Source: Podarcis muralis (Eukaryota). Taken from it: a stretch of DNA of 64,000 nucleotides. Below, one piece after another: positions 15,687 to 27,292 of this stretch (its first letter is position 1; every line of letters starts with the position of its first letter). The DNA is taken from NCBI RefSeq assembly GCF_964188315.1, contig NC_135656.1, forward strand, positions 117,304,001-117,368,000, given 5' to 3'. The translations under genes were made by a program, and so were the position numbers. Below the pieces are notes generated by a model that made no database searches, was not told where the DNA came from, and was given only the letters and a program-made list of their open reading frames with translations.

Positions 15687-16554
15687 TCAAGACATAGATA
15701 ATTTTTTATTGATTTTACTCGATAGACGTTTATATTTGAAATCACAAGATAACAAAGGAATACACATATTTGAATCATCCAAATTAATCAGATAAGGAAG
15801 AAGAAGGGGATACACAGATATCAGAGTCCATTCTAACTGTTGTTATTTTTCACAGAGTTCATCCAAAGTGGCTGGTAGTTCCAAAAGTATTGCAGCCTCT
15901 TTCAATTACATATTGCTCCATGTACTTGCACCTGGACCTTGCAACAGTCCAAAGCAGGGCCCCGAACTCGAAGCATGGGAAGCCCCATCAACAAATTTAT
16001 AATTTGGCAGAATATTTAGATTATTTCATGTGTATATGTATAATTTGGAATATTTAATGTGATTTGATTGGATTGTTAAAATGGAAAATTTAATAAAGAA
16101 TTATTTAAAAAATCAAATCAAGTGGTGCTTGTGGAATCCTCTCCCCAGGGACGCTTGCCTGGGACCACCTTGACCTATTTTAGGCGCCCATTTTACCTAG
16201 GGTTATGACCCTCAATCTGAAGGGCTTTTAAGTACTTGTGGCCTCTTCTAGCGAGGAAGGTTCCTTGTATTCGTACAGATGTCTTTCGTACGTTCAGCAT
16301 CGGTTTGATTGTTGTAACTGGTATTGATTTTTATGCAGTGTTCTAAGTCGCCTTGGATCGCTTTTGTGAGCGAAGCGACTAATTAATATGAATGATGCTG
16401 ATGCTGATAATCCCTCGCTGGGGTTGCTGACGGAAGATTACGGGAGCAACAACCGGAGGGCCGTTGTTTCCCCATCCCTGAATTAGGAGAAGAGGGGAAA
16501 GGCCTCTGGACCAGGGATGACAAACCTGTGGCTGTCCAGATATTCTTGGACTGC

Positions 16555-16869
16555 AGCTTCCAGTGTGGTGTAGTGGTTAGGAGCGGTGGACTCGTAATCT
16601 GGGGAACCGGGTTCGCTTCCCCGCTCCTCTGCATGCAGCTGCTGGGTGACCTTGGGCCAGTCACACTTCTCTGAAGTCTCTCAGCCCCACTCACCTCACA
16701 GAGTGTTTGTTGTGGGGGAGGAAGGGAAAGGAGAATGTTAGCCGCTTTGAGACTCCTTAGGGTAGTGATAAAGCGGGATATCAAATCCAAACTTTTCTTC
16801 TTCTTCTTCTTCTTCTTCTTCTTCTTCTTCTTCTTCTTCTTCTTCTTCTTCTTCTTCTTCTTCTTCTTC
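16555..16869 (+). mobile_element. tRNA-derived CORE/MIR-related SINE (Squam3-like) with long (TTC)n tail
   Basis: A box tgtagtggttag, B box ggttcgcttccc, CORE gtgaccttgggccagtca, and (TTC)n at 16793-16869. Confidence 0.8.
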
Positions 16870-17275
16870 CACCATCCCTGACCCATTCCCCACACTGGCT
16901 GAGGCTGATGTGGGTTGAAGTCCAAGAACCCTGGTGGGTCATGGGCTACCCAGACCTGCTGCAGCCCACAGACAACCCCCCTTTCCAAGGCCCCCATGTC
17001 TTCCTTGCCCAGCTGCTGCCTCTTTACCCCTAGTTCTCCACCTCCTCTTTCTCCCTAGATGTTTCTTCCTTCGTCTCTCTCTTCCACCCCTCAGCAGAGT
17101 GACTTAATCGCATTTATACCACACCTCCCCACCCTATCACGCAATAAGCACCCATCTGTAACACATGCACCAATCAAGTGAAATCTAACAAGGAGCATCT
17201 TCAGAACAGAGGCTTTCCCATGGTTGCTGCCAACGTTACAACTTTTCCCTTTTCCCTTCCGGGGGTTGAGCCCTT

Positions 17276-17506
17276 CTACGTTTCCTCAGAGCCTGAAGGG
17301 GGGCCGTTCCCCCGATAGGAACCCTTATAGGGTCTCTCGCTTTTACGGGCTCCTTCGTGAGCAGCGACACAGGAGCTGCCACCCAGGTTTGTCGCGCGGG
17401 CTGCCCGGTTGTGCGCCGTCTTCTCCCCTGTGTGAGTTCTCTCGTGCTCCGTCCGGTTGTAGCTCTGGCTGAAGCTCCGCCAGCAGTACGAACACTGGTA
17501 CGGCCT
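17276..17506 (-). CDS. Orphan C2H2 finger remnant of gene B (RPYQCSYCWRSFSQSYNRTEHERTHTGEK...EET*)
   Basis: Manual translation gives one intact C2H2 finger plus TGEK linker, open to TAG at 17276-17278. Not listed in the ORF track. Confidence 0.75.
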   Translation of the reverse strand, partial: RPYQCSYCWRSFSQSYNRTEHERTHTGEKTAHNRAARATNLGGSSCVAAHEGARKSERPYKGSYRGNGPPSGSEET

Positions 17507-17507
17507 C

Positions 17508-17628
17508 TAAATGTGTAATGTTTTATTCTGTTGTTATATATGTTGGAAGCTACCCAGAGTGGCTGGGGCAACCCAGGTAGATGGGTGGGGTACAAAAATA
17601 TAATAATAATAATTAATAATAATAATAT
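17508..17628 (+). mobile_element. L2 3' tail abutting the finger remnant
   Basis: gttggaagctacccagagtggctggggcaacccag...(AAT)n. Confidence 0.85.
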
Positions 17629-17797
17629 CTGGAAGGACGGCAGTGCACACTATGCAAGGCTGCTGCAGCACAGCAACTGACAGGGGTGAGATCCTGCCCA
17701 GACGCAGGGAAGCCAAACGGGAGCTCACACTCTGCGTCTTTAACAGCACATATCCAGCTGATAATATGGGTGACAAGGAAAGAAGACACTTCTCTAC

Positions 17798-18598
17798 CTC
17801 CGACGTGGCTTCCCCAGCCTCTTGCTGCCTCCGCAGGAAATCCTCAGCCAGGGCCACCGCCTGGGTGCAGGTCTCGGCCCCTCGGCCCCTGACCCAGTGC
17901 TGGATCTCCGAGGGCAGGACAGCCATGAACTGCTCCAGGGTCACCAGCTCCAGGATCTGCTCCTTGGTGTGCCTCTCCGGCTTCAACCACCGGTGGCAAA
18001 GGAACCACAGCTGGCTGCAAATCTCCCGGGGCCCCTTGGCTTCCAAGTAGAGGAACTGCCGGAAGTGCCGCCGTTGTGCCTCCGACCCGGAAGCTTCCTT
18101 GTTGGGATTCTCCCGCTTTGCCCCTCCGCAGGTTCTGGTCTCGGGGGATCCCAGGGCTTGGAGCCCTCTGGACCCAGGGGGCAGGATGGTTCCTGCCTGC
18201 CCTTTTGGCTGCTCACAGACCTCCGCTGCCCCCTCAGGGTTGGTCCTGCCTTCTTGGTTATCCTTCATCACCGCCGACCAAGCCCAGTCGGCCTGAGGCA
18301 TCTGCACGGCCTTCAAGAACGACTGCCACTGGCCTTCCCAGGCTGCCTCGTCCGGCTCCTCCTTCACACCCTCCAGCCTCTCTTGCCTTGGAAAAGCTCC
18401 GAACCGGGACAGCATCGCCCCAAACCAGGAGCCCCGACTGTGAACAACGGAGAGCCCCTTTCTGGGTCTTTCCATCCCCTCGCTCCCAAGGACTGTGGGC
18501 TCCTGTTCCTCCATTTTGATTACAGGACACACAGGGTTTTCGGCCGCGGTCTCAAGATGGAGACCTTCGGTTGCCTCAGCAACCTGGGTACCAGCCAT
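17798..18598 (-). CDS. Gene B SCAN-domain coding exon
   Basis: [50 protein letters not shown]...AVALAEDF is a SCAN domain. Donor GAG|GTAGAG at 17798 (phase 0). ATG at 18598 is presumed. Confidence 0.9.
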
Positions 18599-18764
18599 GT
18601 CGGGGGAGACCGACGGCAGCGACCCAGTTGTGTGCAATTGCTCTTTTTCTCTGGAGTTGGGAAAAATCTCTGCCACCCTTCCACTGATCAGAGTTAGGAG
18701 CGGGATCTTCAGTCGACGGAGTAAACCTCAGGAGATTCAGAAATGGAGCAGGAATCTCTTCAGT

Positions 18765-18900
18765 NNNNNNNNNNNNNNNNNNNNNNNNNNNNNNNNNNNN
18801 NNNNNNNNNNNNNNNNNNNNNNNNNNNNNNNNNNNNNNNNNNNNNNNNNNNNNNNNNNNNNNNNNNNNNNNNNNNNNNNNNNNNNNNNNNNNNNNNNNNN
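18765..18900. other. Assembly gap (N run)
   Basis: Run of N. Confidence 1.
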
Positions 18901-18986
18901 GAGGATACATTCAACGAAGCCCCCAAGGGTGATTGTTCCTACATTTCAGAATTCAGCAGCTTGTGAATTAACCACAGAAGAAAATA

Positions 18987-19229
18987 CACTGGTACCTCGG
19001 GTTACATACGCTTCAGGTTACATACGCTTCAGGTTACAGACTCCGCTAACCCAGAAATAGTACCTCAGGTTAAGAACTTTGCTTCAGGATGAGAACAGAA
19101 ATCGTGCTCCGGCAGCGCGGCGGCAGCAGGAGGCCCCATTAGCTAAAGTGGTGCTTCAGGTTAAGAACAGTTTCAGGTTGAGAATGGACCTCCAGGATGA
19201 ATTAAGTACTTAACCCCAAGGTACCAATG
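18987..19229 (+). mobile_element. T1 Tigger-type MITE
   Basis: TA-flanked TIRs, same body as 6564-6789. Confidence 0.9.
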
Positions 19230-19394
19230 TAGTTACAATCCCTAGAGATCCCTGGGAAGAGGGATCCCTGTGTGGACGCATCTTCTGTACTCACAGTTTG
19301 TCATCCTGCTCCATTTGACCATCTTGTTCATTCATTTCTTCAATGTATATTCCAGCCTTCCTCCCCAAAGGAGCTCAGGGCGGTGTACACAATA

Positions 19395-19682
19395 CAGTGG
19401 TGCCCCGCAAGACGAATGCCTGGCAAGACGAAAAACTTGCTAGACGAAAAGGGCTTTCTGTTTTTTGAGTCGTTCCGCAAGACGAATTTCCCTGTGGGCT
19501 TGCTTCGCAAGAGAAACGTCTTGCGAGTTCTTGCGAGTTTGTTTCCTTTTTCTTAAAGCCGCTAAGCCGTTAATAGCCGCTAAGCCGTTAATAGCCGCTA
19601 ATAGCCGTGCTTCGCAAGACGAAAAAACGCAAGACGAAGAGACTCGCGGAATGGATTAATTTCGTCTTGCGAGGCACCACTG
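19395..19682. mobile_element. Tigger-type MITE, family T2 (TIR CAGTGGTGCCTCGCAAGACGAA)
   Basis: TA-flanked TIRs. Both ends match the termini of the larger element at 27292-29083. Confidence 0.9.
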
Positions 19683-20451
19683 TAAGTGATATAACAAGAT
19701 TGTTAAAAATAAAAGAACATCATTTGAAAAACTATTAAAAACATCCAAAAATTGTGCAAATTCCTTTGACCCCTAACCTACCTCACAGGTTGTTCTGGGA
19801 ATTAAATAAGGATGAGGAGAACCATGTTGAGCTCCTTGGAGAAAAAAGGTGGGATACAAAATAAAATAAACCATAAAAGCGAAACACAAATATAGTCAGT
19901 TTTAAAAGAGTATATTATTAATATAACAGAGAGAGCATGAACCTATTATTTGGTCTGGTCCCCTGGAAATCAAAGGTTCACTGCCTCTGCCCCTATGTTT
20001 TGCAACTCTCATTATGCTTTTCCTGCTTTTGTTTATTTGTTTGTTTGCCTGTACTTTTGATTTCACACTAACTATAAAAAGGGGGGGGATGCAATGCAAA
20101 ATTCCCCTTTCTTAATCTTCTTCCCTGATTTAAGCCTCTCCGGCATACACCAAGCGGCACTCTTTCTTTCGCATGTGTGCCTTGATTATTTTTGTTGTAT
20201 CGATTCGTTTGATTTGCTTCAAGTAATTTTAAAAAAAATTATTTTAAAATTAAAAAGGAGGGGATGGTAGACTGCCTTGGGAAGGGGAGTCTCTATTTTC
20301 GCTTAGCATGCCTAGAAGCCACTGATGCCTGAAATGAGGCTGCATTTTAATGTTGTATTTTAATCTTGTTTTTAAGTTGTATTTCAATCAATTGTTTTTA
20401 TACCTGGTGTTAGCTGCCCTGAGACCAGTCTTGGCTGGGGTATAAATAAAA

Positions 20452-20482
<31 letters not shown>

Positions 20483-20737
20483 CAGCTTCTCCCTCCTTTA
20501 GGAGTGAGCTTCTTGGATCAGGCCCGCCCAAAGCCAGCATCCTTGCAGCCGGGCATCACTCCCTAACCACTCCCTTCCCCTCAAGGATGCTCAGAAGTGG
20601 GGCACAAAGGGGGAGGGGCTCGACACCCCCATTTCCCTCTTTTTGACACCCCCCCAGTAATTCCCCCCTCCCATTTTCCATATTACCCTGCTGCCCATTA
20701 CTTGGGCAATTTTTATTTTTTTTAAAAAGGAACTTAC

Positions 20738-21050
20738 TGCAACTTCCACGTGCTGCCTCCACCAGCAGAAATTGAGTCTGCAAAAAATCAAGTTAAGGCA
20801 TTCAAAAGGAACCCCTCCTCTCACCCTTTCCCCCTCCTCTTCCTCCTCCAGACCTTCACCCATTCATTCCCAGGCCTTTCCAGGCATCGCGGCTCGCTCT
20901 AACCCCTTAAGCGGCCAGTTTCCTAACTCCCAGGAACAAGTACACCCGGGCTTTGCGTTTTGCAAAGCCGGGTCTGGCTAAGCTCCGTAGTGCCGACACG
21001 GGCTGGCAGCGGCTGTCCCGAGTTTCAAGCGGAGGGTGGGCATTCCCAGG
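20738..21050 (-). promoter_or_regulatory. Probable promoter / first exon of gene B
   Basis: Local CpG enrichment at 20880-21050 and a strong donor TTGCA|GTAAGT at 20738. Confidence 0.5.
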
Positions 21051-21059
21051 ACTTCTGAA

Positions 21060-22070
21060 ACTTTTATTTTAAATTTTATTTGTGCTTTTCAAATATATAC
21101 ATTTCACTGATTTTACAATCATTTTGACATTTTAAAGCTTTATTTCCTTCCCCCCTTTCTGAGGTTCCTTAAATTTATTTTTAATATCCTTCGCATATCC
21201 AAATTAACTAAAATTACTCATTTATTTATCTTTTTTAAATATATACTCTTATGTAGCCACAGCTTGTTACAATAATCCTGCCAGAGTTTTTATCCGATTA
21301 CAATTTATCTGTAAATATTCAATAAACCATTTCCATTCTTTTATAAAAAGTATGTTATCTTGATTTCTTATTCTTCCGGTAACTTTTGCCATTCCTGCAT
21401 ATTCCATAAGTTTTTGTATCCACTCTTCCTTTGCTGGGACTTCTGCTTCTTTCCATTTTGGGCAAAGTAACATTCTTGCCACTGTAGTCACATACATACA
21501 TGAATAAATTTCTATAAAATTTAGGTAGTTCTGTCCCTAAGGTCTGTATAGTTAAAGCTATGGTTTTCCCAGAAGTGATGTATGGAAGTGAGAGCTGGAC
21601 CATGAAGAAGGCTGATCGCCGAAGAATTGATGCTTTTGAATTATGGTGCTGGAGGAGACTCTTGAGAGTCCCATGGAGTGCAAGAAGATCAAACCTCTCC
21701 ATTCTTAAGGAAATCAGCCCTGAGTGCTCACTGGAAGGACAGATCCTGAAGCTGAGGCTCCAATACTTTGGCCACCTCAAGAGAAGAGAAGACTCCCTGG
21801 AAAAGACCCTGATGTTGGGAAAGATGGAGGACACAAGGAGAAGGGGAGGACAGAGGACGAGATGGTTGGATAGTGATCTCGAAGCTACCGGCATGAGTTT
21901 GACCAAACTGCGGGAGGCAGTGGAGGACAGAAGTGCCTGGCGTGCTCTGGTCCATGGGGTCACGAAGAGTCGGACACGACTAAACGACTCAACAACAACA
22001 ACAATCCCTATAATTCCCAAGAGAAAGGCTTCTAGGTTGTTGTTTTACAAACGTTATTTTAAACATCTTT
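21060..22070 (-). mobile_element. L1/Tx1-type LINE 3' fragment interrupted by BovB
   Basis: KWKEAEVPAKEEWIQKLMEYAGMAKVT...KEWKWFIEYL resembles the ORF2 C-terminus of squamate L1, with a T-rich (antisense polyA) end. Confidence 0.7.
21537..22005 (+). mobile_element. BovB (RTE) LINE 3' fragment
   Basis: MVFPEVMYGSESWTMKKADRRRIDAFELWCWRRLLRVPW... and a (CAA)n tail. Confidence 0.95.
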
Positions 22071-22084
22071 TTCAATTTGTTGTA

Positions 22085-22286
22085 CAGTGGTACCTCGGGT
22101 TACATACGCTTCAGGTTACAGACTCCGCTAACCCAGAAATAGTGCTTCAGGTTAAGAACTTTGCTTCAGGATGAGAACAGAAATCGTGCTCCGGTGGCGT
22201 GGCAGCAGCAGGAGGCCCCATTAGCTAAAGTGGTGCTTCAGGTTAAGAACAGCTTCAGGTTAAGAACAGACCTCCGGAACGAATTA
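22085..22286 (+). mobile_element. T1 MITE, truncated at right end
   Basis: Left TIR and body present, cut by an L1-like tail. Confidence 0.85.
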
Positions 22287-23016
22287 ATTTTTTATTGGTT
22301 TTCCAAATTTATAACAAACATAAAAGAAAAATATTACAATATAAAAAACAAACATACAAACAATTATCCTAACTATTATAATCCCACTTTTGTACCACTA
22401 GTGAGTGACTTCCTCGAAACCCCCTAGCTGAGTTTCCATGTAAATCAGTGTAGCAGTTTTCCAATAAGACTTCTGAAACTTTCAGGGGGGTGTCTCTCCC
22501 AAGTCTGTTCATACCCTATAAATATTTCTATACTGCCCCATGTCAAAACTGGGTGGGTGACCTTGGTCCAGTCGCTGCCTTTCAGCCTGGCCTCCTTGCA
22601 GGGTTGCTGTTAGTTGAGGGCCGTGGATGCCACTCTGAGCACCTCGGAGGAAAGGGCAGGATATGGATGCAACAGACACATAAATCATGCAGGCAGCGGA
22701 CAGCAGCACAATGTTTGCGCCGCTCGCTGCCTCTCGTGGCTGCACTGTATGGCCCAGCAAAAGGCAAATAAAGATATATGCTCCCTAGGAGTGTGGGGAA
22801 GCAGTCGCAATCTCTCAAACTAAGCTACCTCGCAAGGTTGTTGTGAAGAGAAAATGGAGAGGGAAGAGCCATTTCCTTGGAGGAAAGGCGGGATATTTTA
22901 TTTTTCTCTTCCAACTTTTCTTCTTGTTTTCTCTTGATTTTTTCTCCCCCCCTTCTTTTCTTCTTTTTTCCTCTTTTGTTCCTTTTTCATATACTTGTGC
23001 TTATTTGAAATATATA

Positions 23017-23132
23017 CAGTGGTGCCTTGCAAGACGAAATTAATCCGTTCCGCGAGTCTCTTCGTGACTGGCGTGCTCTGGTCCATGGGGTCACGAAGAG
23101 GCGGACACGACTAAACGACTAAACAACAACAA
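23017..23132 (+). mobile_element. T2 MITE end joined to a BovB 3' tail
   Basis: TA|cagtggtgccttgcaagacgaa... followed directly by ggcgtgctctggtccatggggtcacgaagag...aacaacaac. Confidence 0.75.
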
Positions 23133-23546
23133 TGCGGCTTTGAACTGGGCTGAAAATACTTTGTTTGCTTGCTTTCAAAATACTGATAGTCTCTGGAACA
23201 TTTATAGCCTGAAAAACAGGGGGCGGAGAGTGTGTGTGCTATCTGTTGCTGTTGCTTATCGCTCTCTTACCCGAGTACCTGAAAAATGGTCTCCCTCACC
23301 GCAGGTGATAAGTCCTAGCTGGCACATTCAGATTCAGGGATGGGGAACAGATATTGCTAGACTACAACCCCCATCAGCCTTGACTTTGGCTCACATTGGC
23401 TGATGGCAGCCCGAGTCCAGCAATAATATAGCAAGAACCAAGCGTTTGGCACTTCTGCTTCATGGAGCCGCATGGCTCTGAAAATACAAAGCTGTCTTTA
23501 AACACCCCAGACCGTTGGTTCATTTAGTTCGCCAGCGTTGTCTTCT

Positions 23547-23765
23547 CCCAGAGAATCCTGGGAAATGTAGTTTGTTAAAGGTGCTGAGCATTGTTAGGTG
23601 ACCCCATATTCTCCCACATGGAGCGATAGTTCTCAGTGTGGTTTAGCAATCCATCCATCTTCACAGGGGAACTCTGGGAACTGCAGCTCTGAGAGGGGAA
23701 CAGGGGCCTCCTAACAGCCCTCAGCACACTTAACAAACTACATTTCCCAGGATTCTTTGGAAGGG
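23547..23765. mobile_element. Foldback MITE with ACTACATTTCCCA arms
   Basis: agaatcctgggaaatgtagtttgttaa is inverted to ttaacaaactacatttcccaggattct. Confidence 0.75.
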
Positions 23766-23837
23766 AAACCATGAGTGTTCCAAGCAGTATGATAATGCTT
23801 TAAAGGCACAGCCCAGATGAGTCCAGAACTCTCATTA

Positions 23838-24104
23838 CAGTCGTACCTTGCAAGTCAGACGGAATCCGTTCTGGAAGTCTGTTCGACTTCCAAAACGTTC
23901 GAGAACCAAATCACGGCTTCTGATTGGCTGCAGGAAGCTCCTGCAGCCAATCAGAAGCCACGGAAGCCCCATCGGACATTCGGCTTCCAAAAACACTTCG
24001 CAAAGTGGAACAGTCGCTTCCAGGTTTGCGGCATTTGGGAGCCAAAACGTTTGATTTGCAAGGTGTTTGGTATGACTGTACTACTTATGATCAAGGTACG
24101 ACTG
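23838..24104. mobile_element. Tigger-type MITE, family T3
   Basis: TA|cagtcgtaccttg...caaggtacgactg|TA. Confidence 0.8.
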
Positions 24105-24388
24105 TACTACTTATGATCCAGACCACGACACTCCATGTGCTGATGTGAGCCACGTTTTCCATTTTATCCATCGCACAGAGCAACTGATGGATGCACAGCT
24201 TGTCGTCTAAAACCCCTGGAACTTCCTCATGTGGATCTGAAACCCATTTTTAGCTGGGGACCTTTACGGTGGAGCACACACAAGCGGTCTGGCTTCAAGC
24301 TTTGGGATCTTCTGTTTTATCAACACACAGCACACCCAACCTCACTTGTGTCTCCTGCCATCTAGACACGCACAGATCCTCCCTGCCC

Positions 24389-24999
24389 TCAGAAATGTGG
24401 CTTCTTCTTTCCATGCGTCTTCTCGTGCCTGATGAGATGCGCGGACTGGCGGAACTTCCTCCCGCAGATGGGGCACAGATACGGTTTCTCTCCCGTGTGG
24501 ATTCTCTGGTGTCTAAGAAGGTGTGACAGAGAGATGGATTTGTGGCCGCACTCCAAACACCTGAACCGTTTCGTCCTCTCGCAGACGCTCTTGCGGCCAT
24601 TAAGGCTCAGCTTGGGGCGGCTGCCCCCCTCACACTTCGCACACTCATACGTTTTCCTCCCTGTGTCTGCCATCTTTGCCTTGGGCCTCCGATGTCCCGA
24701 CACCGCCGGGCTGAATTTCTTCCCGCAGTCCGAACACTTGTGAAGCCTCTCTCCTGTGTGGCCTTTCATGTGTCTGGTAAGGGTGGATCTGCGAGTGAAG
24801 CTTTTCCCGCAGACGGAGCACACTGCTTGTGGGATTGCGACTTTGAAGCAAAGCTCTTCTGCCACGGGCTTTCCCCTCCGAGTCCCTGTTGTTCTTCCTT
24901 CTCTCCTCTTCCCACCGTCTTGCTTCTCCTCTCCACAAACTTCGTTTCCTTCCGACGGGACCCAAAGCAGATCATCCTGAATCGTCCACACAGGACCTT
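24389..24999 (-). CDS. Gene C terminal exon: 3 intact and 2 degenerate C2H2 fingers
   Basis: Acceptor tctttcattccag|AA at 24999 (phase 1). ORF 24389-24991. Confidence 0.88.
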
Positions 25000-25291
25000 C
25001 TGGAATGAAAGACAGAGAACCTGATGTTAATCCTTAATTGTTTTCAGGGAATTATTGTCATATTTTGAAATGCAGTAGAAATATGAGATGATTAGGATTC
25101 CCTCCGATCTCGAAGCATGGGAAGTCAGCTAAAAAATAATAATAATTTATAATTAGGCATAACATTGGGATTTGTTTGATTATGGGATAATTTGTATAAT
25201 TTGGAATATATAATTTGGTTTGATTGGAAATTTTTAATAAATATTATTTAAAAACAGAAAGAGAAAAGAAAGACAGAGGATCATAGAACTA

Positions 25292-25645
25292 CCATATTTT
25301 TTGCCCTGTAGGGTGCACCGGCCCATAGGGCGCACCTAGTTTTTTTGGGGGGGGAATAAAGGGGAAAAATTATTTCCCCCTGCCAGGCGCGGGGCTGGGG
25401 CGGGGAAAGCCCCCAGAACAGGCTGCTATCCACAAGCCTAGGGAGCCCGGCTGTCAACTCCCGGCGGGCTCCCCAGGCTCACGAATAGCTTCCTGAAGCC
25501 TGGAGAGCGAGAGGGGTCGGTGCGCACCGAACCCTCTCGCTCTCCAGGCATCAGCGAAAGCCTGCATTCGCCCCATAGGATGCACACACATTTCCCCTTC
25601 ATTTTTGGAGGGGGAAAAGTGTGTTCCATAGGGTGAAAAAAACGG
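25292..25645. mobile_element. Tc1/mariner-superfamily MITE (TIR CCGTATTTTT type)
   Basis: TA|ccatattttttgccctgtaggg...catagggtgaaaaaaacgg|TA. Confidence 0.7.
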
Positions 25646-26275
25646 TACCTCCTTCAATGCAGGAATTTTTAACCCAACACGGGGCTCAAACCCATGACCC
25701 TGGGATGAAGAGCCTCATGATCTGAGATGAGGAATTGCGCAGACAATCCCCATGCATAGCTGTCAACTTTTCCCTTTTCTTGTGAGGAATCCTATTTGGA
25801 ATGAGGGAATTTCCCTTAAAAAAATGGAAAAGTTGACAGCTACGTCCCCATGCTTAGACCAAATTAATGGCCTTTAAGGCTGGGAACCACTGACTTAAAA
25901 AAAGAAAAGTCACTTGAGCCAGGGACAGTCCACATATATATTGGCCTATTCTGACCTGTTTTTTTAAAACAGACTGCACAGAAAAAGCAATTTGGTTCCA
26001 CAAAATTCATTCCGATTGCGCAGATAAAAGATAACAGATAGAATTCTACAGAATGGGGTACTGGCGTGTGAAAACGGTCAAGATCCAAGGATCTCCAGAT
26101 GGCGGCATCCTGGCTTCCAGGCCTCTTCACTTGGTCACAAGTGGTTGAAAGCAAAAGGCGCCTGGCTAATTTTGAACACTGGTGCAATCCGACCAGTTGC
26201 AGGGCAGAAAGCATTAAGGACTACCAGGCTCACATTTGGGATCCAGTTCTCCACACCTGCTTCAAATTTACACAC

Positions 26276-26758
26276 CTGCTGTTGTGATTCCGGAAGACTT
26301 TGCAGCTATTTCCCCCGCTTGGCCTCTTTGTCCAGCCGTCACCCTCTCTTTGTGAACTTTCTGGTGACTCACGAGCTTCTCCTTCCGAGTGAACCTCTGC
26401 CCACAAACCGCACACCAGTGGGACTTCTGTCCCGTGTGGAGTTTCTGATGCCGGAAGAGATTCGATCTCCGCGTGAAGCTACGTCCGCAGACTGTGCATA
26501 TGTAGAGCTTGGGCTCTGTGGGTGTTCTCTGGTTTTCAAGGCCTTGCCTCCAGGTCACGTTCTTCCTGGAGAATGCGCTCCTCCTCTCCTGTGTCCCCAG
26601 AGGTGGGACTGAGAGTTCAGGGAGCTGTTCACAAGCAGCTGCCGCCACGGATCTCTTCTGCCAGCTTTCGTCACGCTGCTCCGCTATACCTAGAACCCCG
26701 ACGCTGACCTCCAGCTCCTCTCTTCCCACATCGTTCTCGCTCGTCAGTTCATTGGTTC
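26276..26758 (-). CDS. Gene C internal two-finger exon, copy X1 (483 bp, phase 1-1)
   Basis: ccgttccag|GA at 26758 and GCA G|GTGTGT at 26276. Fingers are ICTVCGRSFTRRSNLFRHQKLH and WCAVCGQRFTRKEKLVSHQKVH. Confidence 0.8.
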
Positions 26759-26877
26759 CTGGAACGGAGGGGGATTGGGGTAAGCAGGGGAAATGGGTGG
26801 GGGAAACTCCGCCCCAAATGTCGTAATCACCTGTCTGTCTCGAGACAATGGAGTGCGCCTCCGGGGGTGAAGCAAAA

Positions 26878-27251
26878 TGTTTCCGAGCCCAATTCAAAGT
26901 GTTGGTGCTGACCTTTAAAGCCCTAAACGGCCTCGGTCCAGTATACCTGAAGGAGTGTCTCCATCCCCATCGTTCAGCCCGGACACTGAGATCCAGCTCC
27001 GAAGGCCTTCTGGCAGTTCCCTCGCTGCGAGAAGTGAGGTTACAGGGAACCAGACAGAGGGCCTTCTTGGTAGTGGCCCCCGCCCTGTGGAAGGATGTGA
27101 AGGAAATAAGCAGCTATCCTATCTTCAAAAGACATCTGAAGGCAGCCCTGTTCAGTGAAGTTTTTAATATTTAACGCTGTATTGTTTTCAAAACTTGACT
27201 GGGAGCCGCCCAGAGTACATGGGGAAACTCAGCCAGATGGGTGGGGTATAA

Positions 27252-27290
<39 letters not shown>
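26878..27290 (+). mobile_element. L2 3' fragment (inside the duplicated exon unit)
   Basis: L2 3' consensus with (ATT)n tail. Paralog at 30645-30985. Confidence 0.9.

Positions 27291-27291
<1 letters not shown>

Positions 27292-27292
<1 letters not shown>

Noticed and set aside
16383-16997. Poly-Lys, poly-Ile, poly-Asn and poly-Leu ORFs (also 4-420, 13825-14199, 29264-29603, 62638-62862)
   Set aside because: Translations of (TTC)n and (ATT)n SINE/LINE tails.
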